A DNA stretch of 64,000 nt, taken from the sequence record OQ992562.1; one strand, given 5' to 3'. A model generated the notes under the pieces. That model ran no database searches. It was not told where the DNA came from and saw only the letters and a program-made list of their open reading frames with translations. Positions 1 through 9,579 of the stretch are shown one piece after another (within the stretch, counting starts at the first letter, position 1; each line of letters begins with the position of its first letter). The position numbers were made by a program, and so were the translations under genes.

Positions 1-201
1 TCCCTGATTCTCAATAAACCAAATAAAGATCCGGTTGTCATTCCCTATGATGCTATCTACGAGTTGAACATTCCTCTGGAATATAGTGAACAAGCAGAAA
101 AAGAAGGTTGGATGTATTACAACCTTCTCGGGGAATCGATATTCATGTATTTGGATACCGGTAAAGAAGAGAAACTTCAACTAGCTAAGGTAGAAGCCTG
201 A
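1..201 (+). CDS. 3' end of a hypothetical protein (partial, enters from the left edge)
   Basis: Frame 1 is open from base 1 (SLILNKPNKDPVVIPYD...KVEA) to TGA 199-201, which overlaps the ATG of the next gene. Confidence 0.7.
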   Translation, partial: SLILNKPNKDPVVIPYDAIYELNIPLEYSEQAEKEGWMYYNLLGESIFMYLDTGKEEKLQLAKVEA

Positions 202-1022
202 TGGATCCACGTCACCCAGTTAGCGATGAAATGCGCGCAACGGTAAACGCTGAACTTGACCGAATTGAGAGGAGGTACGGTGTAAAGATTATTTACGCTT
301 GTGAGTCTGGTAGTCGTGGTTGGGGTTTCGCTTCTACTAATAGTGATTATGATGTTCGCTTCATTTACGTTAATCATCCTAACCATTATATTCGTGTAGA
401 CAATGAAGGTCGCGATACTATCGAAGAGATGGTATCGAAGGAATTGGATTTGGCTGGTTGGAATATCACCAAGACGCTTCAGTTGGCTTACAAGTCTAAC
501 CCCACTCTCCTGGAATGGCTAAACTCCCCAATCGTTTACCGTAAGGTTGATTGTGACTACAAGTTAATCCGTGACGCTGCACTAAAGCACTTCATCCCTG
601 TATCGAGTTACATGCATTATATCTCGATGGCCAAACAAAACAAAATGCGTTGGTTGTCAGATGGGAAGGTTCGGATGAAGAAATACTTCTATTCATTGCG
701 TCCTCTCCTTGCAGCATTGTGGGTTGAGACTAGCCATGAACATCCGCCCATGGTTTTCCATGAACTATTACCTATCCTGTCAGATCCTATCTTGTATAAA
801 CGTATCCAAGAATTAGTTAACGCTAAGGTAGGTTCTACTGAACAGGATCTGATTGATCATTGTCCAATACTAGATCATTTCATTGATTCCCATCTGGCTA
901 AAAAGAAACCCGACTTCGGTGAATATGAACGTCCGGATATCTACAAGCTCAGTGAACTTGCTTGGCGTATCGTTGAACAGTATAAGTTCGACACATTTGC
1001 GCGACCACAGGACACCAGATGA
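201..1022 (+). CDS. Pol-beta superfamily nucleotidyltransferase, YcgL/RlaP-like
   Basis: Signature YACESGSRGWGFASTNSDYDVRFIY (GS...DxD), DLAGW, SNPTLLEWLNSPIVY, KKYFYSLRPLLA. Confidence 0.85.
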   Translation: MDPRHPVSDEMRATVNAELDRIERRYGVKIIYACESGSRGWGFASTNSDYDVRFIYVNHPNHYIRVDNEGRDTIEEMVSKELDLAGWNITKTLQLAYKSNPTLLEWLNSPIVYRKVDCDYKLIRDAALKHFIPVSSYMHYISMAKQNKMRWLSDGKVRMKKYFYSLRPLLAALWVETSHEHPPMVFHELLPILSDPILYKRIQELVNAKVGSTEQDLIDHCPILDHFIDSHLAKKKPDFGEYERPDIYKLSELAWRIVEQYKFDTFARPQDTR

Positions 1023-1082
1023 AGAAAATATTAGTCAATAAAGAAAAAAGTCTAATACCATCTTATTAAAAGGAAATATACC

Positions 1083-1577
1083 ATGTTATTTAAAAAAGAA
1101 GTATGTATTGAGAATATTCTAGTACTAGAAAAACTATACATAGTTACTAATCGTAAGAATAATATCTATCCTAATCCAGAGGTAACTTATAAAGATATTA
1201 AGAATTTTACCAAAACCTATGGTAAAATTCCAATGGACTTCTTAGGTCCATTATTACATGAGATTGTTGAACGGGAAGATTATATTCTAAAAGAAAAAGA
1301 AGCTCAAGAATACATTGATAAAATGCCTATTATTGTAGAACACGATAATAGCCGTATTGTTAATGAATACACTATTTTGAATTATATTATTCCAGTTACT
1401 ACTCATCCTAATCTTAATAATCGACCATATACCATCAATCTTTATAAGTATGTCGACTGCCTAGAAAATACTACCAAAGCATTAAAACATTTTAGATGGA
1501 CGAATAATAAAGATTATAATTTCTTAAAGACGGTGCATGCCCGTTTACTAGATATTCATGATATCATGGAAAGTTAA
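1083..1577 (+). CDS. hypothetical protein
   Basis: 164 aa ORF, AAGGA RBS. Confidence 0.7.
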   Translation: MLFKKEVCIENILVLEKLYIVTNRKNNIYPNPEVTYKDIKNFTKTYGKIPMDFLGPLLHEIVEREDYILKEKEAQEYIDKMPIIVEHDNSRIVNEYTILNYIIPVTTHPNLNNRPYTINLYKYVDCLENTTKALKHFRWTNNKDYNFLKTVHARLLDIHDIMES

Positions 1578-1666
1578 TATGTTAAAAACATATTCATCTA
1601 ATATACTCCATTACATACGTTACCCTACTCCATATCGGGGTAGGGGTGTTAATGTGGAGTATAAAA

Positions 1667-1960
1667 ATGTCAAGCAACAAACTAGCTGCACAACTCAATC
1701 ATCATCACAATACTCGTATAGTTAATTATTATGTCTCACTAGCCGAAAGTCGTTATGGAGACACCAATCCTTCAGCAAAAGCTAAAGGTAAATGGCGCAA
1801 ACATAATCCATTTAATTGTGGTAGGTCTCGTTGTATGCTATGTGGTAATCCCCGTAAGCGTTGGAATAGACTTACTCTTAATGAGATTAAAATTAATATT
1901 TCATTAAAAGAACAATTAACTGAAATTAGTAGAGACATTGCTGAGCTAAATGAGGATTGA
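1667..1960 (+). CDS. small basic protein with a CxxxxCxxC cluster (possible Zn binding)
   Basis: KHNPFNCGRSRCMLCGNPRK; start moved to ATG 1667 after GGAG. Confidence 0.65.
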   Translation: MSSNKLAAQLNHHHNTRIVNYYVSLAESRYGDTNPSAKAKGKWRKHNPFNCGRSRCMLCGNPRKRWNRLTLNEIKINISLKEQLTEISRDIAELNED

Positions 1961-2031
1961 ACAATGCATGAAGAATACGAAGCAATTTAATAGTTTAGAT
2001 TAACCATTCGAAATAAATTTGGAATAATTAA

Positions 2032-2154
2032 ATGAAAGTTAAAAATAAGCAACAGTCTAAATTTGTCAATCTAGCCACTATGCAAGCAGCATGGCGTTTA
2101 AATAACGCAGAGCTTAAAGCTAAGCGGGAAGCTAAAGAAAAGCAAAAAGAATAA
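2032..2154 (+). CDS. 40 aa basic microprotein
   Basis: Read manually: MKVKNKQQSKFVNLATMQAAWRLNNAELKAKREAKEKQKE; GGA RBS; stem-loop follows. Confidence 0.5.
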   Translation: MKVKNKQQSKFVNLATMQAAWRLNNAELKAKREAKEKQKE

Positions 2155-2319
2155 AACTATTTGATTGCATAAAGAGAGAGGATAAATTCCTCTCTCTTTT
2201 TATGTTGTTTTATAACTTATATTTAGTCTAAAAGATAATTATGGAATAAACAAAAAATATCCTAACTGATATGTTTGTTCTTTATTCTTGACTTATTGAA
2301 CCCAAAGAGGATTTTTAAA

Positions 2320-2802
2320 ATGACTGATATTTTAAATAAAGATAACTTCTTTTCATGGGGTGCTGTGGTAGGTGGTGCACTATTACAGTATTTTGAAAAT
2401 GGTAAACTTGAAGGTGGTTATGATATATTTAAATTCGGTGGTGATGCTGATGGCCTGATTATTACAGGTGGTATAACGCATCGGAAAAATATCGGGATCC
2501 TGTGTGGTCAAGGTGATGATGAAGATCTATTTTTAGTATTTGTCATAAGTAATACCAATAGTCCATATGTCGTATGGTATTATGATATTTATAAAGATAA
2601 TGAAGGTATTAGTTTTACAAATGCTTCACCTACCAGTGGTCGTATTTTTAAATCAGATATCGATGAAAATAATGACCTGTCAATAAGTCAATTACTTAAA
2701 GTAGTTAAACACTTAGTAGATGAACGAGTTCGTTTAAATAAAAATATAGTTAATTCACCAGGTTATGAAATCATTGAAGAAGATAAAGACTTTCAACTAT
2801 AA
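2320..2802 (+). CDS. hypothetical protein
   Basis: ORF; ATG 2320 follows GAGGA. Confidence 0.7.
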   Translation: MTDILNKDNFFSWGAVVGGALLQYFENGKLEGGYDIFKFGGDADGLIITGGITHRKNIGILCGQGDDEDLFLVFVISNTNSPYVVWYYDIYKDNEGISFTNASPTSGRIFKSDIDENNDLSISQLLKVVKHLVDERVRLNKNIVNSPGYEIIEEDKDFQL

Positions 2803-2829
2803 TAAGTCTTTTACAAAGTTACCATAAAT

Positions 2830-2850
2830 ACCTCCCTTCGGGGAGGTTTT
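2830..2850 (+). terminator. intrinsic terminator, UUCG hairpin
   Basis: acctccc-ttcg-gggaggt followed by T tract. Confidence 0.85.
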
Positions 2851-2866
2851 ATATTGTGTTTTTTTG

Positions 2867-2895
2867 TATTCAAACATATTTAAACAGTATATTAC
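2867..2895 (+). promoter_or_regulatory. phiKZ-type early promoter (extended TATATTAC)
   Basis: tattcaaacatatttaaacagTATATTAC; near-identical copies elsewhere; TATATTAC is the described phiKZ early (virion RNAP) motif. Confidence 0.8.
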
Positions 2896-2931
2896 ACATA
2901 TGAATTCAATCTTGAAAAAAGGAGATATGTC

Positions 2932-3261
2932 ATGAATATGTCATCTATTTCCACTGGTGTTCTGGTGCTTGGTGGTATTGCATTTGGTTACCATCTCTTT
3001 GATGGGGCGCGCTCCATTTACAAAGAATGGTCTATGGAATACATTTACAAAAAGCAAATGGCTAAGGTAAAGGAGCAGCTTACCGAATATGAAAATAAGT
3101 ATGTTGAGATTCCATCAATAGCTGAAATAAATATCTATATCGAACCAGTTCTAACTGAAGCTTTAAATAAACTTGATCGGTATAGCTACAGCTGCTTCTT
3201 ACATGATGTCGAACAGTACATCGAGTTTATTATTGATAATTATCGTGTAGTTAATCGATAA
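2932..3261 (+). CDS. hypothetical protein with N-terminal hydrophobic anchor
   Basis: GVLVLGGIAFGYHLF; GGAG RBS. Confidence 0.75.
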   Translation: MNMSSISTGVLVLGGIAFGYHLFDGARSIYKEWSMEYIYKKQMAKVKEQLTEYENKYVEIPSIAEINIYIEPVLTEALNKLDRYSYSCFLHDVEQYIEFIIDNYRVVNR

Positions 3262-3273
3262 TAAGAGCATATG

Positions 3274-3293
3274 GCCCTCCCTTCGGGGAGGGC
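3274..3293 (+). terminator. UUCG stem-loop
   Basis: gccctccc-ttcg-gggagggc. Confidence 0.75.
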
Positions 3294-3319
3294 TATTGCA
3301 CTAAATTTTATTTGAGATA

Positions 3320-3327
3320 TATATTAC
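3320..3327 (+). promoter_or_regulatory. early promoter core TATATTAC
   Basis: Motif between stem-loop and ORF 3373. Confidence 0.65.
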
Positions 3328-3372
3328 ATGTGTGTATTACAAAATCAAATTAATGTGTCGAGGTTTTAATAG

Positions 3373-3810
3373 ATGGACGTAGTTACTAACATTTGGGAGG
3401 ACGTTCTTACGAACGTGCATCACAAACTAAAGGTAATGGCCACTACTGCTGGCGATGTCATTCATACAGTGGAACCCAAATTAAATGAAATGATTAAATC
3501 GAATATTAATCAACTACAGACAGAAAGGTATAGTCTTAGTTTAAACAAAACTAAAGACAATAAATACTACGCAAAATACCATGATAATCATCATGGCTGG
3601 GATGTTTATTTATTTGTTGAACAAACTAGGTATGGGGCTATTGTTGGTAGTGGGTTACGCCATCGTGCTAAAGAAGCTTGGGGGCTTAATAAATTCAGAG
3701 AATATAATCTTATCAAAGTAAGGTGTACTCGACAAAATAGTGTTGTTGATAGTATTGTCTTCTTCGATGATCCATCTGAATATTTTCTTAGAGCTGTAAA
3801 TAAATTTTAA
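3373..3810 (+). CDS. hypothetical protein
   Basis: 145 aa ORF, GAGG RBS. Confidence 0.75.
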   Translation: MDVVTNIWEDVLTNVHHKLKVMATTAGDVIHTVEPKLNEMIKSNINQLQTERYSLSLNKTKDNKYYAKYHDNHHGWDVYLFVEQTRYGAIVGSGLRHRAKEAWGLNKFREYNLIKVRCTRQNSVVDSIVFFDDPSEYFLRAVNKF

Positions 3811-3830
3811 ATTAACTAAAAGGTAAAAAA

Positions 3831-4727
3831 ATGAATAATCTACAAGTTAATACCACTATTAAAGAATTACATAAACTTTTAATCTGTAATATTATTGATG
3901 GTAAACTAATTGAATATAATGATATTGTGAAAGAACTGAAAATTACTAATGATGAATTAGATAATCTACTAATAGCTATTTCAAAGCTATCTGATACACC
4001 AATTAATAATATCTTTAAATCACTTTCACTAGCAATTGATCTACGTACAATTACATCCGTCATTGAAAAACTTAGTAATTCTACGAAACTATCTAAAAAA
4101 GAAATCCAGCTAGATCTGTTAACTAGGTTAGGAATAAAAGATAATTATTTTTCGAATAGTTTTACCAACGTGTATCATGAACTAAGTGATATTATCAAAA
4201 AGCTTGAACATAGTGATAAACTATATCAAACAGATTATCAAAACTTTATTATTGATAAAGTAACTAGTCATTTTAAAGATGTATTGTATTCGGCTGGTTA
4301 TGCAATCAGTGATATTTATAAGTACACTGATTCTAAAGTAGTTAATGTAGATAAAAATGGACTATTGATAGGTATGAGCATTACCAATTATGACTTCCAT
4401 AATGAGGACGAACCAATTAGAACTATTGGTTTTTCATTAATTGATGAAACTAAGGGTTGTGTTGGAAAATCTGAAACTATTAAAAAGTTTGATGTTGAAT
4501 ATTTTCTTAATGCAATGGATACTATCAATATTAACCCTGCTGTTATTATTTTTTCAAATCAGTATCGAGAAAAAGACTTAGCCATTCATAATGCTATCAT
4601 GAATGAATTTAAGGTGAACAAGATTTCAAATAATACACGTGACAATATAGTATCTTATCATACTGTCATGATGGGGCATAACTGTATTATCTCATTTAAT
4701 CACAATGGGTTCCTATTGAAAATTTAA
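3831..4727 (+). CDS. hypothetical protein
   Basis: 298 aa ORF, AAGGT RBS. Confidence 0.75.
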
Positions 4728-4784
4728 TAGAATATCAATTAAAAATTATCTTATGTAGTTTATCTAATTAAGGAAACAAAAAGA

Positions 4785-5141
4785 ATGCCAACTTATATTG
4801 AATTAATCAATATTGTCAATGATGATACTCCTGTAGATGATGCAGTTATTAGTGATCTGATGAGTCAAATGAATGATAAACAAACTGTTCTTGACAGTTG
4901 TCGTATCAATCATAAAGGCTATGCTTATTTTAAGTTCCATGTTAAGGGATCAATTAGTAAGGATAAACTTAAGGCTCTAAATGAAACTTTAAAAGATTCT
5001 AATCTTGTTGTGACTGATGCTAGTACACAACGTGGTTTCATGCCACCTAATAAGTTTGATGATATCACTTATACTGAAGAGAGTGTTGGTTATAGGGCAA
5101 TGGTCTGGACAAGCTTCACTATTGAAAAGCTACTTGTATAA
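4785..5141 (+). CDS. hypothetical protein
   Basis: 118 aa ORF, AAGGA RBS. Confidence 0.75.
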   Translation: MPTYIELINIVNDDTPVDDAVISDLMSQMNDKQTVLDSCRINHKGYAYFKFHVKGSISKDKLKALNETLKDSNLVVTDASTQRGFMPPNKFDDITYTEESVGYRAMVWTSFTIEKLLV

Positions 5142-5142
5142 T

Positions 5143-5165
5143 AAGAGCCCTTCGGGGCTCTTTCT
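5143..5165 (+). terminator. intrinsic terminator
   Basis: aagagccc-ttcg-gggctctt plus T tract. Confidence 0.8.
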
Positions 5166-5191
5166 ATTTCGCAATTAGGTATCTGTATTAA

Positions 5192-5626
5192 ATGGATAAG
5201 TATCCTATTCTACAAGCTATGTCTAAAGAAGAGGCATTTAGACTTTTAGACATACAAGGTGAGTTTAGAAAAACTCAAATGAAAGAAAGGTATTGGAATG
5301 AGGAAACTGGTCTATGGTGGTGGGAACAACATCCCGATGTGAAATTAAGGATAGTTGCCGCCTGCAATAGATGGAAGGATGTTTATTTCATTGCAGCGAG
5401 GCATTCATCAATCATAATGACTCAACAACAGCTAATGTATGGTGGTCTTAAGGTATTGCATGAATATGCAGGAGATGATCATGAACAAGGTTTTATTGAT
5501 CAGTATGAAAACTTCCACTCTAGGGAAGAAGCAGTAATTATCGCTAAGAATAATAATCAGTTATATCGAGCTGAATTAGAAAATAGATTAGTAACTAAAT
5601 ATTTATTTAGTGAAGACCTATATTAG
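5192..5626 (+). CDS. conserved phage hypothetical protein
   Basis: Pattern AARH...EQGFIDQ...SREEA...LFSEDLY, which I recall as common in phage hypotheticals. Confidence 0.75.
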   Translation: MDKYPILQAMSKEEAFRLLDIQGEFRKTQMKERYWNEETGLWWWEQHPDVKLRIVAACNRWKDVYFIAARHSSIIMTQQQLMYGGLKVLHEYAGDDHEQGFIDQYENFHSREEAVIIAKNNNQLYRAELENRLVTKYLFSEDLY

Positions 5627-5656
5627 GTTTCCAATAATTTAAATAGGAATATAACT

Positions 5657-6313
5657 ATGCTAATGAATGAAATTATCGATATTCTAGAAGGAGGGAAAGA
5701 GAATATTCTCTTAACTAACCATCTAGGTAATGGCAAATATTCCAATGCGGGTAATGCAATGGCTGCATCATATGCCATTGCGGCACATACTGCTGTTGGT
5801 CAATTGCGAGATGGTTCAGGAAAACCTTACTGGCATCATTTATTACAAGTAGCTGAGATGGCGCAATTATTCGACCTATCTCACGCTGCTTATAAAGCAG
5901 CATGGTTACATGATGTAATTGAGGATACTGCTGTAACTGCTTCTGATCTAACTAAACTATTCTCAATCCCTGTTGTTAATTTAGTAACTGAACTAACAAA
6001 TGTAACTTACGAAGGTAATCGTAAAACTAGGATTAGTTTACAACATGAAAGACTTTCTCGCATTTCATGGAGTGGTCAATCTCTTAAGTTACTAGATTCC
6101 ATTTCAAACATGTGGTCGATTGTTAATGATAAGCCTGATTTTGCTGAACTGTATCTGACTGAGAAAGCTCAACTAATCAGTAAGTTAAATAATTGTCACC
6201 CCGCTATTAAAGATCTGGCTATATCTGTTCTCTATGGCAGGTGTACTATGGTTGGTGGGGATGCACTAAAAGAATATAATAAACTATTTTCTGATAATGA
6301 AATTGTATGTTAA
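5657..6313 (+). CDS. HD-domain (p)ppGpp hydrolase-like protein (small alarmone hydrolase/Mesh1-like)
   Basis: AHTAVGQLRDGSGKPYWHH, AAWLHDVIEDT, LVTELT, LKLLDSISN match the RelA/SpoT hydrolase motifs. Confidence 0.85.
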   Translation: MLMNEIIDILEGGKENILLTNHLGNGKYSNAGNAMAASYAIAAHTAVGQLRDGSGKPYWHHLLQVAEMAQLFDLSHAAYKAAWLHDVIEDTAVTASDLTKLFSIPVVNLVTELTNVTYEGNRKTRISLQHERLSRISWSGQSLKLLDSISNMWSIVNDKPDFAELYLTEKAQLISKLNNCHPAIKDLAISVLYGRCTMVGGDALKEYNKLFSDNEIVC

Positions 6314-6331
6314 AATAATTACTTAATATAC

Positions 6332-6398
6332 ACCCTCCCTTCGGGGAGGGTTTTATTTATCTTTTTTTGTATTTAAACTATTTAAAAAGCTATATTAC
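6332..6398 (+). promoter_or_regulatory. terminator hairpin plus early promoter (TATATTAC 6391-6398)
   Basis: accctccc-ttcg-gggagggt, T tract, gtatttaaactatttaaaaagcTATATTAC. Confidence 0.8.
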
Positions 6399-6431
6399 AA
6401 ATATGAATTTAATAACCAAGAGGGCAATACA

Positions 6432-6695
6432 ATGACTGAACGTTTGAAATCCGTATGGTGCGCTTGCAGCTTACTGCGTGAACGCTGGAGACACATCCAA
6501 GACATTGCTGTCGGGGATGAACATCATGTCATAGTAAAAAACGATATGCTGATGGTGTTTCGTGGTCAAGTACCGGTAGGTAGCATGTACCGGGGTGACA
6601 GTGACCCACTCATCTACGAGGGTGGTGCACTGGAAGAATTTACTAAAGTTGTATTGGATTTAGAATTCAATACTCGTGGTGAAACCAATAGTTAA
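6432..6695 (+). CDS. hypothetical protein
   Basis: 87 aa ORF, GAGG RBS, first gene after early promoter. Confidence 0.75.
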   Translation: MTERLKSVWCACSLLRERWRHIQDIAVGDEHHVIVKNDMLMVFRGQVPVGSMYRGDSDPLIYEGGALEEFTKVVLDLEFNTRGETNS

Positions 6696-6721
6696 TAAAA
6701 TTAATTTTGAGGTAATTCATT

Positions 6722-7129
6722 ATGAAATATGTAATTGCATTTATGTTGTCTATTGTAACTATCACTGCTAACTCGGCTGTCATGTACACTAATCGTGATT
6801 CATGCATCGAGTTTGTAAAACAGGCAGATGAATTGTTTGTAAAAGGTGCATCTGTAACTGAAGTGCAAATGAAGACTTATGAAAGGATTCATTATATCCT
6901 TAATAACACTAAAGATCTAAAGACCAACCAGTCTAAAGTTGAAGAACTCACTGGTCTATTTTACCTATGGTCTAAGGTAGATAAAATGGCAATTGAGGCA
7001 AGTTTGCCACGTGCAACAAATGCTGCTAAAGTCTATAAGACCACTCCTGAGAAATTCATCATTGATGGTTATTTCCAGCGTTGTGTAGCGGCAGGTGCGT
7101 TTGAAGCAAAACCACTTACTCTAAAATAA
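6722..7129 (+). CDS. exported two-Cys helical protein, paralog 1
   Basis: Signal peptide MKYVIAFMLSIVTITANSA; DSC near N-terminus, QRCVAAG near C-terminus. Confidence 0.75.
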   Translation: MKYVIAFMLSIVTITANSAVMYTNRDSCIEFVKQADELFVKGASVTEVQMKTYERIHYILNNTKDLKTNQSKVEELTGLFYLWSKVDKMAIEASLPRATNAAKVYKTTPEKFIIDGYFQRCVAAGAFEAKPLTLK

Positions 7130-7141
7130 TGGAGGTACAAC

Positions 7142-7501
7142 ATGCTTAAGAATTGGCTATTATTCCTTTTCCTGCCAATCCTGTCCATTGCATGTCAGCC
7201 TGCCCACGCTGTAGAAGTGGGTATTACTAAGAAATCATGTAATGTGGCAGTAAATCTTTCACAAAAAGCAACTGAGCTTTATGATAAGAACCTATCCCAA
7301 TTTGAGATAATGATGCAGTTAGACATGATCTCTCGTAAGGATATGGATGACTTGGAGTTCTATGCAGGTGCGGTATATGCCAAGTTAAACTTAGTTGATA
7401 TTCGAGTAAATAAACGAAAAGGATTTACCAATGGAGCTATCCTAGATAGGTTAGCTGAAAATTGTGTTGAAGCAATTGGTACTAAATTTAACTTGGAGTA
7501 G
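7142..7501 (+). CDS. exported two-Cys helical protein, paralog 2
   Basis: Signal peptide ending PAHA; TKKSC...CVEAIGTKF. Confidence 0.75.
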   Translation: MLKNWLLFLFLPILSIACQPAHAVEVGITKKSCNVAVNLSQKATELYDKNLSQFEIMMQLDMISRKDMDDLEFYAGAVYAKLNLVDIRVNKRKGFTNGAILDRLAENCVEAIGTKFNLE

Positions 7502-7504
7502 ACT

Positions 7505-8299
7505 ATGATTAGTATCTATATTGTCATTATGCTCATGGCTATGCTAGCTGCATTGACATGTGGTAATTTGGTAGATAGTTGGGTAAGGCCAGCTATTCTA
7601 AAATGGTTGAATGATGATGTTGCTATTCATTTCACCAAGGCCACCTGGATGGTTGGGGGAATCCCTAATGATGTTCCAGTGCAACTAGGTAAAGCTGTTT
7701 GGTTACCCAAATACGTGGGTGATGGAATACGTCTTTACATTACGGCTGATGAAATAAAATTTGGATGGAATGGTAAAGAAAAAGATGCTTTAGCACGAGC
7801 CATTGTTGAAGTTATCTTTATCGGTAAGAATCCAAATAGTAAACTTCTTGAAGTAAGTATTAAACCTATTTGGTTACACCCTTCTATCCAAAAAGAAAGT
7901 TTCTATTTAATGTTTGATTGGGAAAAGCTTTATACAAAAAATGAAGAGATGCGTATTTGTTGGAAGACAATACGTCACACTTTTTTCTATGGATTCCTAG
8001 GTTTGCTATTTGGCGGTAGTGCCAATGCAGATAACCTTGTATTAACTGAACGTGGATGTGATCAATATGAAGCAATGGTGAGAACTATTGCATCTAAAGC
8101 TTATATTGGATTAGATCCAGTTATGGGTAGGGAATTCATTATTAATGATCCTGATATGTTAAATGCCCGTGAGAAAGCACAACGTAATACCCGTATCATT
8201 ATCGATATGGTGGAAACTGGACAAGAACCCAAAGACATTGCATTATGGATGAATACTCAATGTAAACAAGAAGCAGTGTCAAATTTAATCAAACAGTAA
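7505..8299 (+). CDS. membrane protein whose C-terminal half is paralog 3 (possible internal start at 7949)
   Basis: N-terminal hydrophobic stretch; internal MRICWKTIRH-FFYGFLGLLFGGSANA signal peptide followed by TERGC...TQCKQE. Confidence 0.7.
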   Translation: MISIYIVIMLMAMLAALTCGNLVDSWVRPAILKWLNDDVAIHFTKATWMVGGIPNDVPVQLGKAVWLPKYVGDGIRLYITADEIKFGWNGKEKDALARAIVEVIFIGKNPNSKLLEVSIKPIWLHPSIQKESFYLMFDWEKLYTKNEEMRICWKTIRHTFFYGFLGLLFGGSANADNLVLTERGCDQYEAMVRTIASKAYIGLDPVMGREFIINDPDMLNAREKAQRNTRIIIDMVETGQEPKDIALWMNTQCKQEAVSNLIKQ

Positions 8300-8312
8300 A
8301 AAAGGCATAGAT

Positions 8313-8696
8313 ATGAAAAGAAATTTTGAAGATGATCACGTGGTAATGGCAGTGGAAGTATATGAGAAACTGAAAGAAGCTGCTGCTTATTCATTACACT
8401 CTTCTGAAATTAGTAAGATCGAACGACATATGCGTAAGTTTAATCGTGTTCAACGCGATAAACATATTGAAAATATGCATATGGAAATGCTTGAGAAACG
8501 CGAGGCTATTAGAAAAGCAAAATCTTTCTTTTCTCAAAATGCCGGTAAAATTGGTTGCGTAGTAGATAGGCTTGTCAAAGTATGTGAAGTGTATAAAATG
8601 GATAAGTCTATGGTGGTTGTTGAGTTTCTCCAACATAAATCTAAAATTAAAGTTCCAGTAAATCCTGAAAAAATTACTATTCTTACCATTAAATAA
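8313..8696 (+). CDS. hypothetical cytoplasmic protein
   Basis: 127 aa ORF. Confidence 0.7.
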   Translation: MKRNFEDDHVVMAVEVYEKLKEAAAYSLHSSEISKIERHMRKFNRVQRDKHIENMHMEMLEKREAIRKAKSFFSQNAGKIGCVVDRLVKVCEVYKMDKSMVVVEFLQHKSKIKVPVNPEKITILTIK

Positions 8697-8713
8697 ATGA
8701 AGAAGGATTTAAA

Positions 8714-9169
8714 ATGAAAAATGTAATTGCAGCAGCTTTCGCTGGTCTCATTGCCATTACCGGTATCATGTTCAATACCGCAATGGCTGAAATCAAGATT
8801 GGTAAAAAAGATGCTCAACTCACTGTGCAGTCGTGTGCAATGGTTGAAACCATTACTAAACAAGCTGTATTTCGAATGAGTGAAGGTCATAGCGCAGATG
8901 AAGTTGGTGTGCTTATGCTCAACAACTCTGCTAAACTCAAAGATGAGTTGGATACCAATAATTGGATTGCGTTAACATTCGTATTCAATAGTCTTAATAA
9001 AATCAATAATGACCTTAACAGTAAAGAGATCCATGATTATATCCGTAGTCAAGGTTACAATGTGACTACTCCTAATCTGGCAGCTTTTATCAGCGGGTAT
9101 TATGGCAATTACTGCATGAAGCATATTGGTGAGAAATTCACTCACATGGTAATTGTTGAACTCATTTAA
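8714..9169 (+). CDS. exported two-Cys helical protein, paralog 4
   Basis: Signal peptide ending TAMA; TVQSC...CMKHIGEKF. Confidence 0.75.
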   Translation: MKNVIAAAFAGLIAITGIMFNTAMAEIKIGKKDAQLTVQSCAMVETITKQAVFRMSEGHSADEVGVLMLNNSAKLKDELDTNNWIALTFVFNSLNKINNDLNSKEIHDYIRSQGYNVTTPNLAAFISGYYGNYCMKHIGEKFTHMVIVELI

Positions 9170-9201
9170 TTCATATCGAATACTTTCAAAAGGAAAATAG
9201 G

Positions 9202-9579
9202 ATGAAATACGTCTTCTCGCTCATTATCACTATGGTAGCAATGTCGGTTAATGCACAACCCGTAACCGTGTCATCTTGCTACGTGCTGCACAGCTTGGCA
9301 AAGAATATGGTTCAATTCTACACTAATGGCGGTGAGCCATTGGAGATGTATGCAATACTGCAAGATGAACTATCCATTGCCATAGATAAAAACCAGAGTG
9401 ATAAGGCACTCGCTATTAATATCGCATTGGATAATGTCGATGTAATATACCAAAATCTCACTGATCCCGCACTTAAGCTTTTGGCAAAGAGCGAGGGAAG
9501 TGATCTTGGTGAGATGCTGACTGAAAAACTCAGTAATGGGTGTTTCAATATAGTCGGCGAGGAGTTGTATGATAACTAG
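9202..9579 (+). CDS. exported two-Cys helical protein, paralog 5
   Basis: Signal peptide ending SVNA; TVSSC...CFNIVGEEL. Confidence 0.75.
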   Translation: MKYVFSLIITMVAMSVNAQPVTVSSCYVLHSLAKNMVQFYTNGGEPLEMYAILQDELSIAIDKNQSDKALAINIALDNVDVIYQNLTDPALKLLAKSEGSDLGEMLTEKLSNGCFNIVGEELYDN

